This document shows positions 19,984 through 29,384 of a stretch of 64,000 nucleotides of DNA, piece by piece. Within the stretch, counting starts at the first letter, position 1. Every line of letters begins with the position of its first letter. Position numbers and translations under genes: made by a program. The notes under the pieces are model-generated. The model had not been told where the DNA came from and searched no databases. It worked only from the letters and a program-made list of their open reading frames with translations. The DNA comes from a bacterium (GTDB lineage Bacteria; Patescibacteriota; Minisyncoccia; Phycocordibacterales; SBAW01), in contig JBAXFJ010000001.1 of the NCBI GenBank assembly GCA_037139975.1, positions 48,586 to 112,585 on the forward strand, given 5' to 3'.

Positions 19984-20409
19984 GTGCGCATGTTACAAGA
20001 ATTTAAACAGTTTTTGCTCCGAGGCAATGTGGTTGACCTGGCGGTGGGTGTTGTGGTCGGCGCGGCGTTTGGTGCAGTGGTGACCGCCCTTGTGGCCGAC
20101 CTCCTTACCCCTTCTATCGCCGCCATAGCAAAAGTGCCCGACTTTGGCGGCCTAAGCTTTACCCTTAACGGCAGCAAGTTTATGCTGGGGCACCTCATCA
20201 ACGCGCTCGTCTCATTCCTGCTTGTTGCATTCGCTGTCTTCTTTTTTATCGTCAAACCTATGAACTTGCTCGTGGGCCGAAGCCACACCGAAGCCCCCGC
20301 CGACCCCACCACAAAAAAGTGCTCCGAGTGCTTAAGCGAAATCCCCATCGCCGCAACACGTTGTGCCTATTGCACCCAAGCAGTCAAAGAAAGTAGCTCT
20401 GCTATTTAA
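19984..20409 (+). CDS. mscL: Large-conductance mechanosensitive channel
   Basis: MLQEFKQFLLRGNVVDLAVGVVVGAAFGAVVTALVADLL is the canonical MscL TM1. Confidence 0.9.
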   Translation: MRMLQEFKQFLLRGNVVDLAVGVVVGAAFGAVVTALVADLLTPSIAAIAKVPDFGGLSFTLNGSKFMLGHLINALVSFLLVAFAVFFFIVKPMNLLVGRSHTEAPADPTTKKCSECLSEIPIAATRCAYCTQAVKESSSAI

Positions 20410-21185
20410 AATTCATTCAATCGCGCATCAATCTCTGCCTCTTCACTTTCGGCTATGTGGTGTCGCCGAATGACGATGAAAAGCACCAGGGCAAGCAGGA
20501 CACCGAGCGCTGTTGGATAAAACGCCCACGGGTTACCCACAACATAGCGCACTCCCGTGAGGGTAAAAAGCAACGTTGCAACAGACGCGGTTGCAACGGC
20601 GCCATGCTTCTTCTTTGCGTGAGCGCTCGCGCGATTGACCGTACTACTTGCAGTTTGATTGTCCATCTGCCCAATCTGAGCATCTGTCTGATTGAGAAAT
20701 TCCTTCGACCAACCAATCCCCGCATCAAGCGCGCCAAGCGCCACCCTGCGGCCGCCATCAATAAAACTGAAGGCATCCCCCGTATACGCAAAAATAGCGC
20801 CCAACTCAGAACTTGTGCCGCCCGAGCCTGTATTATTTGCGGCGTTGCCAGAGTCACCACCAACAGTAGCGCTAGTTGAAGTGGACTGTGTGTTTTGACT
20901 AGCATTAGAAGAATCATTTCCTGGACTAACTGTTGGCTCTGTCGTCTGAGCAGGCACTTCGGGGGTTGTTGCGGGCGGATTATTCACTGGCTTTACAGGG
21001 GGTATGTTTGCAGGTGTGTTGTCAATTGGAATGATTTGATAGGTGGGCGGCGTTGGGTCGGGTGAGCCGGTCACATAGTAGCCAGCAACCGCGACCTTTG
21101 TTCCTTCTGTATTGAGCGCAAGTTTGTGCCACCGCGTCACGTCGACCTGCACCATGACTGGTTTTTGTATGGGCACATCTATCAT
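20406..21185 (-). CDS. Hypothetical low-complexity protein with C-terminal TM anchor
   Basis: Pro/Thr/Ser-rich central region and a C-terminal hydrophobic segment. Confidence 0.45.
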   Translation of the reverse strand: MIDVPIQKPVMVQVDVTRWHKLALNTEGTKVAVAGYYVTGSPDPTPPTYQIIPIDNTPANIPPVKPVNNPPATTPEVPAQTTEPTVSPGNDSSNASQNTQSTSTSATVGGDSGNAANNTGSGGTSSELGAIFAYTGDAFSFIDGGRRVALGALDAGIGWSKEFLNQTDAQIGQMDNQTASSTVNRASAHAKKKHGAVATASVATLLFTLTGVRYVVGNPWAFYPTALGVLLALVLFIVIRRHHIAESEEAEIDARLNEF

Positions 21186-21192
21186 GTTTCCA

Positions 21193-22365
21193 TTATACGA
21201 CCTCGCGGAACACGAGGTCGAGCCCTGCAGCGCTCGCTTCCAGCGTCAGCTGCCTACAAACAGCAAATCCTGCTTCACGTATTGTTTCTTTTTGTTTAGA
21301 TAAAAGTGTAAGGAGTGTTTGGTGTGCAGCTTTAATGCTTTCTTTGTTGGTGCCACAAAAAATACTTGTCTCGTCGGTCAGATAATCAGCCAAACCTCCC
21401 GCACGCGAGCTGAGCACTGTGCATCCCGCCGCCAAACCTTCAAGCCCTACGGTGCCAAACGGCTCGTGCAGCGATGGGACAATGAGCGCATCGGCAGCGC
21501 GCAGCGCGCGGATTTTGTCTGCATCATAGAGCGCGTCAAGCATGTAGACGTTATGCTCCCGACTCACTTTTTCTTTGATAGCTTGCAGACACGTTGGGCT
21601 GACCCCGTCTTTCGGGCCAATAAAAATTAGGTCGACTTCTTTGGGGACGCGCGCATCGCAGAGCGGGAGCACGCCCTTCACCTCTGCAAATCGCCCAAGA
21701 AAAACTATTTTAACTCTCCCCTTCCCACCTGGGAGCACATACGGCTTTTCTTCACGTCTCTTCTCATTCCATTTTTCAAAATCTATACCATTGCGCACCA
21801 GTCGTGTTTTTTTTGCAAATGGTAAAACTTTTTGGTGCTGTGCTGCGTACGCTTGTGATATCTGCACAACTCGGTCAGCGCGTCCTAGGCCGCGCACTTC
21901 CATCTCGCACAGGGCACTGTGTATTGCGCGCTCGGCTGGAACGTTGAGGTTGAGCCCAAACGTGTACCCCTCTTGTGCGAGCAGCACGGGCGAGAGAGAC
22001 ATGCGCACAACCAACGGCACATTAAAAAAATCCGCCGTCTCACTCGCGGCCTGATACACAGACCAGTCGTACGCATACACAAGATTTGGTTTGGGGAACG
22101 AGATAGCTTCAGCAAAGTAGTGTGCCTGGGCAAGCAGTGTATCGAGCGGTCCGAACTTTGTTTCAGTATAGGGCGAGAAAACTTCGTGGTACCCAACAAC
22201 AAAGCCAGGAGCTGCTGTGCCCCCCAACGGAAAACCAACCACATAAAATTCATACCCATATTTAGAAGAAAGCAATTCAAAAACAGGGGCAGCGTTGGCG
22301 CCCATACCGCCCGAAGCGCGCTGAAATCGGTCTGGAATTATAACCAGCACTTTTTTCTTTTGCAT
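21193..22365 (-). CDS. Glycosyltransferase family 1 (GT4-like)
   Basis: ...LIVPSLHEPFGTVGLEGLAAGCTVL... matches the GT1 EX7E region. 390 aa. Confidence 0.8.
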   Translation of the reverse strand: MQKKKVLVIIPDRFQRASGGMGANAAPVFELLSSKYGYEFYVVGFPLGGTAAPGFVVGYHEVFSPYTETKFGPLDTLLAQAHYFAEAISFPKPNLVYAYDWSVYQAASETADFFNVPLVVRMSLSPVLLAQEGYTFGLNLNVPAERAIHSALCEMEVRGLGRADRVVQISQAYAAQHQKVLPFAKKTRLVRNGIDFEKWNEKRREEKPYVLPGGKGRVKIVFLGRFAEVKGVLPLCDARVPKEVDLIFIGPKDGVSPTCLQAIKEKVSREHNVYMLDALYDADKIRALRAADALIVPSLHEPFGTVGLEGLAAGCTVLSSRAGGLADYLTDETSIFCGTNKESIKAAHQTLLTLLSKQKETIREAGFAVCRQLTLEASAAGLDLVFREVV

Positions 22366-22412
22366 TCACTAGATACTACCACCTGCACCGCACACAGTTG
22401 CTCGCTTGAAAA

Positions 22413-22988
22413 TTATTTTTTTAGATACTCCCCCGCAAAGTTCACGTTCATCCCCCACCCGCAACTCCAACTAGTATCTGTCTGTACCTGCAGCTTTTTC
22501 CCGCGGAAGATAAAACCAATAACACATGGTTCGTTGCCTGCGGGGCTGAAATCATACTTTGAAGAAACATAGTGCGCAACCCCATTCTGGACTGTGGTGG
22601 TGGCATTAAGGTCGCCCGTGTTGGTGTCCAACTGATTTCCATTTTCGTCATAGTAGGGATAAAAGGCTATGCCTGATATGTGCACCGTGGACCCTTCTAC
22701 AAAATCAACCGTGATTTCTGACCCTGTTCCATCCGAAGCAAGATACTCACCCTTGAGGCTGCTGTTGTCAGCAGTAACTACAGAAGAAACCGCTGGAGTG
22801 TTTTTTATTGTTGAAGCTTGCGTAGAAATTTTTACTTGCGCAGCGTGGCCGGCGTTTTCATGCGCAAGGATTGCTGCAACGAGCTTGGGCACCCAAAAAC
22901 TTTGCAGCGCAATAAGCCCAAGACCTATAAAAATCAGGGCGAGAAGAAACATACGAACCGCTTTCACCATATTCATGATTAGTATCAT
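22413..22988 (-). CDS. Hypothetical secreted/membrane-anchored protein
   Basis: N-terminal TM/signal sequence. No motif recognised. Confidence 0.45.
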   Translation of the reverse strand: MILIMNMVKAVRMFLLALIFIGLGLIALQSFWVPKLVAAILAHENAGHAAQVKISTQASTIKNTPAVSSVVTADNSSLKGEYLASDGTGSEITVDFVEGSTVHISGIAFYPYYDENGNQLDTNTGDLNATTTVQNGVAHYVSSKYDFSPAGNEPCVIGFIFRGKKLQVQTDTSWSCGWGMNVNFAGEYLKK

Positions 22989-23177
22989 ACACCAGTTAGA
23001 AAGAGCATGGTCGTGGGCGACACTTTTTCAATGTTTAAAAAAGTTCAATTAAGAACCATCAGGGGTGCCGTTGTAGAGGACGTTAGAACTGTTTTTGAGT
23101 TAAAAAATGATGCGACGGTGTATATCCCCGCATTCTATCCTACTCTTTGAGCCCTCGAACAAGCTTACACTTTGTTT

Positions 23178-23783
23178 TTAACGCCAGATCAATGTATTAA
23201 CCACTTCATTAAGTTGAGACTTCGTACCGTACCCATACATTACCATTCGCAAATACACTCCAGGATATCTCGGGATTTCTATAAAGTACATTGCGCCAAC
23301 CCCTTCGCCGCCAGGAGAGGTATAGGCCAGCTGACCTTTTATCGTCGTTGTGCTGAAAGTATAGCCATCAAGATCCTGTAACATAGAAGTTCTGTCTCGA
23401 ATAACTATTTCAATTTTGCTATTTCCTTTTCCAAAGGAGTCGTTTTGAGGTTGAGGACTTTCTTGATGATAAAGAGAAATGATCTCCGAAGGATGATTAG
23501 AGTCTCTTACCCACCAGTTGGAATATGCAAACGAGAACCCGTACTTACTATCTTCATATGTCCCGGGTCCGCGCATTCGGTTTGTGTCTGTAGTCTGCAC
23601 TACCTCACTCGGAGCAGGCATTTGAATAGTGTTTGTTATTTGTGTCGTCGTTACGGTTTTGTTGGTAGCAACAGATGGAGTTTTGTTTTTTTGTATATAA
23701 AAATACATGCCCCCGCCAACAACGAGAAATGCAACAACCGCAAGTACGATCGGCAGCAAAAAACCCTTTTTAAAATTTTTCAT
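23178..23783 (-). CDS. Hypothetical membrane-anchored protein
   Basis: N-terminal TM helix (LLPIVLAVVAFLVVGGGMYFYI). No motif recognised. Confidence 0.45.
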   Translation of the reverse strand: MKNFKKGFLLPIVLAVVAFLVVGGGMYFYIQKNKTPSVATNKTVTTTQITNTIQMPAPSEVVQTTDTNRMRGPGTYEDSKYGFSFAYSNWWVRDSNHPSEIISLYHQESPQPQNDSFGKGNSKIEIVIRDRTSMLQDLDGYTFSTTTIKGQLAYTSPGGEGVGAMYFIEIPRYPGVYLRMVMYGYGTKSQLNEVVNTLIWR

Positions 23784-23858
23784 GACTTTAGTCTAGCACT
23801 AGTTCGAACCTCAAAAAGGGCACCAAAAACACGCTTGCGAAACAACCCTCAAAAACGC

Positions 23859-23877
23859 TGGGTGGCTACAGGGAATC
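23859..23877 (-). repeat. Direct repeat of the 3'-terminal 19 nt of tRNA-His (tgggtggctacagggaatc)
   Basis: Identical to 24042..24060 and lies 183 bp away. The flanks (cgcttgcgaaacaaccc vs cgcgttgcgaaacagccc) are also partly duplicated. Confidence 0.6.
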
Positions 23878-24003
23878 CTCTTCCCCCGAAACGTTTCAGT
23901 CGCAGGGGCGACATAGAAACGCTTCTCCTCCAGAGCCGGCACGTTTGCTTCACCCTATCGGCGCAAACGTTGCTTTCGATTCCCTAACAACGCTCGCGTT
24001 GCG

Positions 24004-24034
24004 AAACAGCCCGACCAAAAGGCCGGGCTGTTTT
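24004..24034. terminator. 13-bp stem hairpin with AAAA loop and T-run, immediately 3' of tRNA-His
   Basis: AAACAGCCCGaCCAAAAGGcCGGGCTGTTTT. Confidence 0.5.
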
Positions 24035-24041
24035 ATCACCG

Positions 24042-24116
24042 TGGGTGGCTACAGGGAATCGAACCCTGATCGAGAGCTCCACAAGCTCCAGTGTTGACCG
24101 TTACACCATAGCCACC
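24042..24116 (-). tRNA. tRNA-His (anticodon GTG) with encoded G-1
   Basis: Manual fold: 8-bp acceptor stem including G-1:C73, U8, D-stem GTGT/ACAC, anticodon loop TTGTGGA, T-loop TTCGATT. CCA is only partly encoded. Confidence 0.85.
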
Positions 24117-24193
24117 ATATTACTTAGACCCCTCATGTCACACCCGCCCACCATATATACACGCTTACACTAGCACAAGAGCACTTTAGCAGA

Positions 24194-25239
24194 TTAGGGG
24201 TGAAAGAAAAAGGCGACCGCGATGATAGCGTATGCGATGAGCAGCTGCGCGCCCTCGAGCCAATTACTCTCGCCGTCGGCGACGACGAGGTTGACCATGA
24301 GCACCGAGAGGACAATCGCGATGAGCTCGAATATATTGAACACTAAGTTCATGGGGCTGTGGAAAAAGAGCGAGATGATGACGAGCAACGGAGCGACCAG
24401 CATCGCGATTTGCGTTGCCGAGCCGATGGTGATATTGAGCGCCAAGTCCATTCGATTTTTGAGCGCGACCGTGATAGCCGAAGCGTGCTCGGCGGCGTTG
24501 CCGATAATAGCTATAAAAATGACACCGACAAAAAGCTCGGTCCAGCCGAGCTGGAGCACCAGCGGCTCGATGGCGCCGACCAAGATTTCGCTCACCCACG
24601 AAACAAGAAGTGTCGCGACAAGGAGCGTGAGGACTGAGCGCAGCACGCTCCACCTTGGTTCATACTTCCCCACCTCTTCGGTGTAGAGGTGTTTGTGCGT
24701 GCGGAGCGAGAAGAAAAGCCCGGCCAGGTACATGAGGATGAGCGCGCATGAAACCCAAAGGCTTAGGTGCTCAATAATGCGCGTGCCAGCAGTAGGCGCA
24801 GTGAGCAAGAATATCGCCGGCATCACGAGCGCGATGACCGCCAAGAAGAGCGTCGAGCCACCCGCCACCGCGCCTGTTTTATTAAACGACTGCTTCTCGC
24901 GCTTCCAGCCGCCGGCAAACATCGCAAAACCAAGAACCAAGAGCAGGTTGCCGATTATCGAGCCGGTTATCGACGCTTTTACAACTTCAATCAATCCCGC
25001 CCGCAGGGCAAAGATGCCGATAATGAGTTCGGTAGCGTTACCAAACGTGGCGTTGAGGAGGCCACCAAGCGCGGAGTTTGTGCGCGAGGAGAGCTCCTCG
25101 GTTGCCTCGCCAATAAACTTGGCCAGCGGCACAATAGCAAGTGCGCAGAGAAAGAAAACAATGGTGGGCGAGATATGTAAAAAATGCGCCCCAATGGCGA
25201 CGGGCACAAACACAAGCAGGGCGAGAAAGAAATTTTGCA
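24194..25239 (-). CDS. cax: Ca2+/H+ antiporter (CaCA family)
   Basis: GNATELIIGIFALRAGLIEVVKASITGSIIGNLLLVLG and the second alpha-repeat GNAAEHASAITVALKNRMDLALNITIGSATQI. The start probably lies at MQNFFLALLVF; the track ORF begins at the GTG at 25336. My own count of the A-run near 25256 differs from the track by 1 nt, so the start is approximate. Confidence 0.8.
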
Positions 25240-25266
25240 TGGGGTAACTATAGCGCAAAAATATGT

Positions 25267-25285
25267 GTGCCCGGGAGAGGACTCG
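25267..25285 (-). repeat. 19-nt fragment identical to the 3' end of tRNA-Leu (putative distal att repeat)
   Basis: gtgcccgggagaggactcg matches 29680..29698 within tRNA-Leu, in the same orientation and 4.4 kb away. Confidence 0.6.
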
Positions 25286-25351
25286 GTCACAGATACTTTC
25301 TCGGCTCAGAAATTTCTGCGACCCCGCCTCAGTCACCTTCGCTCCTTCCGG
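25285..25351 (-). promoter_or_regulatory. Conserved intergenic module, copy a (upstream of cax)
   Basis: GGTCACA(A/G)AT - palindrome - TTCGCGACCCC..CTC... - TCGCTCC..CCGG. Copies b and c are at 31172 and 31391. Confidence 0.4.
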
Positions 25352-25366
25352 CCTTCGAGTCCTACG

Positions 25367-25414
25367 ACCAAAAAGTTAAAACCGGCACAAGGCCGGTTCT
25401 CAACTTTTCGGTGC
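25367..25414 (-). terminator. Copy of the tRNA-Leu trailer hairpin (AACCGGC-acaag-GCCGGTT plus T-run)
   Basis: 48-nt identity with 29635..29682. Reads as a terminator on the minus strand. Confidence 0.5.
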
Positions 25415-25770
25415 TGTAATTATACACTTTGCGCGAACCTTTTTCGAGCGGAAACTGGACGAATGAACCGAAGCCCCACGCACTGGCGAGTACGCCAGCA
25501 ACCCCGAAAGAAAAAATACTCCTTGCATTTCTGATTTGGCGGGGGTGAAATTTTTCTTGAAAAAGGAAAGGGTGTTTTTCTTTCGGGGTTCTGCCCTCCA
25601 AGTATTCGGGCAGTGCGTGGGGCTTCAATACGGACTCGGCAAAGCGAAAATCTGTTTTTCTGGAGAAAAGGATTTTTCGCTTTGCCTCGACTGATTTTCC
25701 GCCCGCAGGAGGGGTCTGGGGAGGAATGCGGGCGGGAATCCCAATTCGCTTTTTCGGAAAATTTTCCGCC
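25415..25770 (+). repeat. Repeat X (356 bp), copy 1, with nested perfect palindromes
   Basis: Perfect inverted copy at 27261..27616. Internally GAAGCCCCACGCACTG...CAGTGCGTGGGGCTTC (16 bp) encloses AACCCCGAAAGAAAAA...TTTTTCTTTCGGGGTT (16 bp). Track ORF 25362..25628 lies inside it. Confidence 0.7.
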
Positions 25771-25772
25771 CT

Positions 25773-26459
25773 CTAAGAATTAGCAGAAATTTTTCTTGGA
25801 AAGAGTTTACAAAAAATAAGTCCGAAAATTAAACCAGATAAATGTCCCCAATTATCAATTTCAAATGAATCTAACGCCTTTTTGTTTTCAGCAAAGCTGA
25901 AAATCAAAAATAAAAAGATGATCATACCAAAACCTAGTAGATATTCTTTGAATGTTAATTTTGGTATGTCTAACAAGTAAGCAGCGGCTAAACCAAATAA
26001 TCCAGCGGAAGCTCCTGCTGATACCATTGGGTTAGAAAAGAAAAATATTGAAATTGATGAGAGTACTCCACTAAAAATAAAGATTGACAAAAAACGACCA
26101 GCTTTTACGTTTCTTTCATAAAGCGACAATATTCCCAAGAATGATAAATTTGTCCATAGATGTAATAAGTTAAGGTGTATAAAATTGTGTGTGATTGTTT
26201 GTACGAACCACCAAGGAGTAAACGTGTATAAATTATTTACACCTAAAATTACAAACCAATTTTCATTCAACTCATTAAAAGTTCCACTAGAAAGGACGAA
26301 GAAAGTAACGATCAAAAGTATACCCAACCAGAATGTTGCTTGAATTTTTTTGAAACTTTCCCAATAACCTGGTATTTTGGCTTGTAAATCGTTAGGACTG
26401 GGTCGTAAGAAAAAAAGAGTAATGGTCCATACAAGTATGGTTAATAAAAACAGCGTCAT
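25773..26459 (-). CDS. Rhomboid-family intramembrane serine protease
   Basis: Six-TM protein with a GASAGLFGL (GxSx) motif and NWGHLSGLIFG (catalytic His). Confidence 0.65.
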   Translation of the reverse strand: MTLFLLTILVWTITLFFLRPSPNDLQAKIPGYWESFKKIQATFWLGILLIVTFFVLSSGTFNELNENWFVILGVNNLYTFTPWWFVQTITHNFIHLNLLHLWTNLSFLGILSLYERNVKAGRFLSIFIFSGVLSSISIFFFSNPMVSAGASAGLFGLAAAYLLDIPKLTFKEYLLGFGMIIFLFLIFSFAENKKALDSFEIDNWGHLSGLIFGLIFCKLFPRKISANS

Positions 26460-26462
26460 ATT

Positions 26463-26906
26463 TTAAGAAGACTTAGAAAGTAGAAATTCTCTTGTCTTGT
26501 CATCTAATTTTGCGAGCTTCTCAACCCCCTTTAGTTGTGCGTTAAGAATAAGTTTTCTACCGTTAGAAAAAACTAATTGCAAAGGAGCTTGCAGAAATCC
26601 CTTGCCAAGTTTCATTTTTGAAATTTCAGCATAAGAGAAAAAATTGTATGTTTCTGGCTTACCCCATAAACTTAGTTTATGAAGATGCATGCCGTTATTT
26701 GTAACTCCAACATAATAGATTCGCATACCAAAAAACATAAACGGACCAATCAAAAAGAACCACCAAATTGGAGGTGTGTAAGACGCTTGGAAAAAACCAA
26801 TTAGTTCTTCTCCTTGATTAAGACGTGGCAAGATAATATCGCTTTTAATTTGTTCTTTAGTCATATTTTTTATTAGGTAATAATTAAATTTATTTCTTTT
26901 CGACAA
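26463..26906 (-). CDS. Hypothetical membrane-associated protein (bacterial PH-domain-like)
   Basis: 147 aa with a central hydrophobic hairpin (PPIWWFFLIGPFMFFGMRIYYVG). Confidence 0.45.
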   Translation of the reverse strand: MSKRNKFNYYLIKNMTKEQIKSDIILPRLNQGEELIGFFQASYTPPIWWFFLIGPFMFFGMRIYYVGVTNNGMHLHKLSLWGKPETYNFFSYAEISKMKLGKGFLQAPLQLVFSNGRKLILNAQLKGVEKLAKLDDKTREFLLSKSS

Positions 26907-26948
26907 CGCTATTCATAAGTCTACCCCCCCCCGACACTTTTGCAATAC

Positions 26949-27155
26949 TCATTTTATCAAATCGTCAACGCTAATCTCAAGGGCTTTCGCGACCTTTTTT
27001 AGTGTTTCTAGTGTCGGGTTTTTATTTTCTCCAGACTCCATTTTGATAAGCGTATTATTGGCGACATCGGCCAGTCTTGCCAACTTCTCTTGCGAAAGCC
27101 CTTTGGCTTCCCTTAATCGCTTTATATTGTTTGATAAATTTTGGCTTGTTGACAT
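26949..27155 (-). CDS. XRE-family helix-turn-helix transcriptional regulator
   Basis: IKRLREAKGLSQEKLARLADVANNTLIKMESGENKNPTLETLKKVAKAL is a classic Cro/C1-type HTH. 68 aa. Confidence 0.75.
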   Translation of the reverse strand: MSTSQNLSNNIKRLREAKGLSQEKLARLADVANNTLIKMESGENKNPTLETLKKVAKALEISVDDLIK

Positions 27156-27260
27156 ATTACCATTAAGAGATTAACATTATAGTAGAGGTATCCATTTACC
27201 TGTTACTACTATGATGTTACACCAAAATTTTAAACAAATCAATATGTGGAATCTTTTTGT

Positions 27261-27616
27261 GGCGGAAAATTTTCCGAAAAAGCGAATTGGGATTCCCGCC
27301 CGCATTCCTCCCCAGACCCCTCCTGCGGGCGGAAAATCAGTCGAGGCAAAGCGAAAAATCCTTTTCTCCAGAAAAACAGATTTTCGCTTTGCCGAGTCCG
27401 TATTGAAGCCCCACGCACTGCCCGAATACTTGGAGGGCAGAACCCCGAAAGAAAAACACCCTTTCCTTTTTCAAGAAAAATTTCACCCCCGCCAAATCAG
27501 AAATGCAAGGAGTATTTTTTCTTTCGGGGTTGCTGGCGTACTCGCCAGTGCGTGGGGCTTCGGTTCATTCGTCCAGTTTCCGCTCGAAAAAGGTTCGCGC
27601 AAAGTGTATAATTACA
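27261..27616 (-). repeat. Repeat X, copy 2 (inverted relative to copy 1)
   Basis: Reverse complement of 25415..25770. Contains track ORF 27211..27708. Confidence 0.7.
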
Positions 27617-27664
27617 GCACCGAAAAGTTGAGAACCGGCCTTGTGCCGGTTTTAACTTTTTGGT
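27617..27664 (+). terminator. Trailer hairpin copy 2 (inverted orientation), shared junction between repeats X and Y
   Basis: Reverse complement of the 48-nt core at 25367..25414 and 29635..29682. Confidence 0.5.
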
Positions 27665-27910
27665 GTCTGTATTGTACCAAACTCGCACCTATTTCCAAAA
27701 CAAAGTGAGGTAATGACTTCGCACGCTCCGCGTGCGTGGTGACTTGAAACTAAATCGTACGCTCGGATTCTGCGCGCCTCGTCCGCTCCCTGCGGTCGCG
27801 GGAGCAAAAACCAAAAATTTTCCTTCCTTAATTTTAGATTTTCGGCGGGGGGTGTGGGGGGAGCCGACAAAAAATGGAAAGGAAATTTTTGGTTTTGCTT
27901 CGCCGTTTCA
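27665..27910 (+). repeat. Repeat Y (about 246 bp), copy 1, highly structured
   Basis: Inverted copy at 29385..29634. Internal ~21-bp stem AAAACCAAAAATTTTCCTTCC / GGAAAGGAAATTTTTGGTTTT plus hairpins CGCACGC-TCCG-CGTGCG and GCTCCC-N9-GGGAGC. Confidence 0.7.
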
Positions 27911-28140
27911 GTCTCCGAAAAGAGCATCATTATTTTATCATATTTTGATTGCTCTTTTCTCCGCCCTCACGGCGAGACGAGGCGCTTCCTCTCAGCGTTT
28001 GGTGGTAGTTTGAAACTCTGTGTCTTCGGTGACTGGTGGTGATAAACCAAGAAAGCGGAACCTCGCCATACAAAATTCTTTAAGGAATGGCGAGGCACAA
28101 ATCTATATGTGCTTGACCCACCCTCCCGTTCGCGCACAAC

Positions 28141-28183
28141 AATCCCCGCCGTTTTTAGGAAAAATTATAAAACGGCGGGGATT
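28141..28183. terminator. 15-bp perfect-stem hairpin downstream of the pilin gene
   Basis: AATCCCCGCCGTTTT-taggaaaaattat-AAAACGGCGGGGATT. Confidence 0.5.
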
Positions 28184-28209
28184 GCTCCCTTGAAAACCGA
28201 AACTACTAA

Positions 28210-28716
28210 CTACCAAGAGCTACATGCAGGTTCTCCACTGCATATCATCCATGCCCATGTCGGACGAACGGGGTCATAAAACGCCTGTCCTGAACTCGGA
28301 AAACTTTCAGGTCCATTTGCATGCGAGAGTAATTTATAATTTGTTCCATTAGACTGGTAAAGAAATCCAGACCAGCCACTCGTGTCACCACTCGGATCAG
28401 CAGGTAAAACCGAAATATATGTCGGGGTCAATCCGGGAATATAAGCATTTGCACCGCTTGTGGTTCGACTTCCGCCGTTGGCGCTCAATCCATACCAAAC
28501 GCCACTTGTTGATGGATACGAATTATTACTGTCCAGATAAAGTTCAAGTGCTGTTTGTAGTTGTTTCAGCTCCGATTTACGATAAGCATCTCTAGCTTTC
28601 CCTCTTGCACTGTTTAAGCTCGCGAGAACAACACTTGAAAGTATTCCGATGATAGCAATGACGACAAGAAGTTCGATGAGTGTAAAACCTTTTGAATTGT
28701 TTTTTTGTAAAAACAT
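28210..28716 (-). CDS. Type IV pilin (prepilin with N-terminal methylation motif)
   Basis: KGFTLIELLVVIAIIGILSSVVLASL is the class III signal peptide / pilin N-terminus. Confidence 0.8.
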   Translation of the reverse strand: MFLQKNNSKGFTLIELLVVIAIIGILSSVVLASLNSARGKARDAYRKSELKQLQTALELYLDSNNSYPSTSGVWYGLSANGGSRTTSGANAYIPGLTPTYISVLPADPSGDTSGWSGFLYQSNGTNYKLLSHANGPESFPSSGQAFYDPVRPTWAWMICSGEPACSSW

Positions 28717-28726
28717 AATTGAAATA

Positions 28727-29068
28727 TTAAAATCGTTCCTGCAAGCGCGGCGGCGCGTTTTCAGGATAGATTATTTTTTGACCCGGAGGTGCTTCGAGTT
28801 TCGCTTTGCTTCCTCCGCCACTAAACAGAAAAATAATCACGACAATAATCGCCACCGCTACAAATCCAATCAAAACATAATTTGCCTGCTTTTCGTCTTT
28901 GATATATCCGCCGGAATACTTGATGACCCACTGAACTATTTTGGGCGTTGGCGTTTGAAAAGATCGAGGTCGTTGAAACTCCTCGCCCTCAAACACTATT
29001 TTCCCCGGTTCGTTGTTTTGGTCCATAACTTTATAAAAAGTGTTGTTGCAGATTTTAGTTTTCCACAA
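28727..29068 (-). CDS. Hypothetical single-TM membrane protein
   Basis: 113 aa with a C-terminal TM helix (VLIGFVAVAIIVVIIFLF). Confidence 0.45.
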   Translation of the reverse strand: MWKTKICNNTFYKVMDQNNEPGKIVFEGEEFQRPRSFQTPTPKIVQWVIKYSGGYIKDEKQANYVLIGFVAVAIIVVIIFLFSGGGSKAKLEAPPGQKIIYPENAPPRLQERF

Positions 29069-29116
29069 CTATTTTAATTGTATCACTTACGCCCCCCCCG
29101 CAAACGAAAAAGGGGG

Positions 29117-29323
29117 CTACTTCAACAACTTATCCACTGAAACGCCGAGCGCTTGCGCCAATCGTTCCAATTGCTGGATAGTGATGTTTTTCTTGCCATT
29201 CTCGATTGCACTCATATAACTTCTGTCCATATCTAACTTACGACAAATATCGCCTTGCGACATTTTACGGCGAAGCCGTATCTGTTTGATATTCTGTCCG
29301 AGTTTTTTGGAAATTTGAGCCAT
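29117..29323 (-). CDS. XRE-family helix-turn-helix transcriptional regulator
   Basis: IKQIRLRRKMSQGDICRKLDMDRSYMSAIENGKKNITIQQLERLAQAL. 68 aa; paralogous in architecture to 26949..27155. Confidence 0.75.
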   Translation of the reverse strand: MAQISKKLGQNIKQIRLRRKMSQGDICRKLDMDRSYMSAIENGKKNITIQQLERLAQALGVSVDKLLK

Positions 29324-29384
29324 ATTTTAGATATCCACAGTTTAGCAATTATTGCTTTTTTATTCCATATGGTATTATAGTTCC

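Noticed and set aside
25362-25628. 88-aa ORF (and its twin 27211..27708) inside repeat X that could be read as a duplicated small protein gene
   Set aside because: The ORF lies entirely within a repeat whose sequence is dominated by nested perfect palindromes, and both copies are 100% identical inverted repeats. RNA or DNA structure explains the conservation better than coding. Kept only as a caveat.
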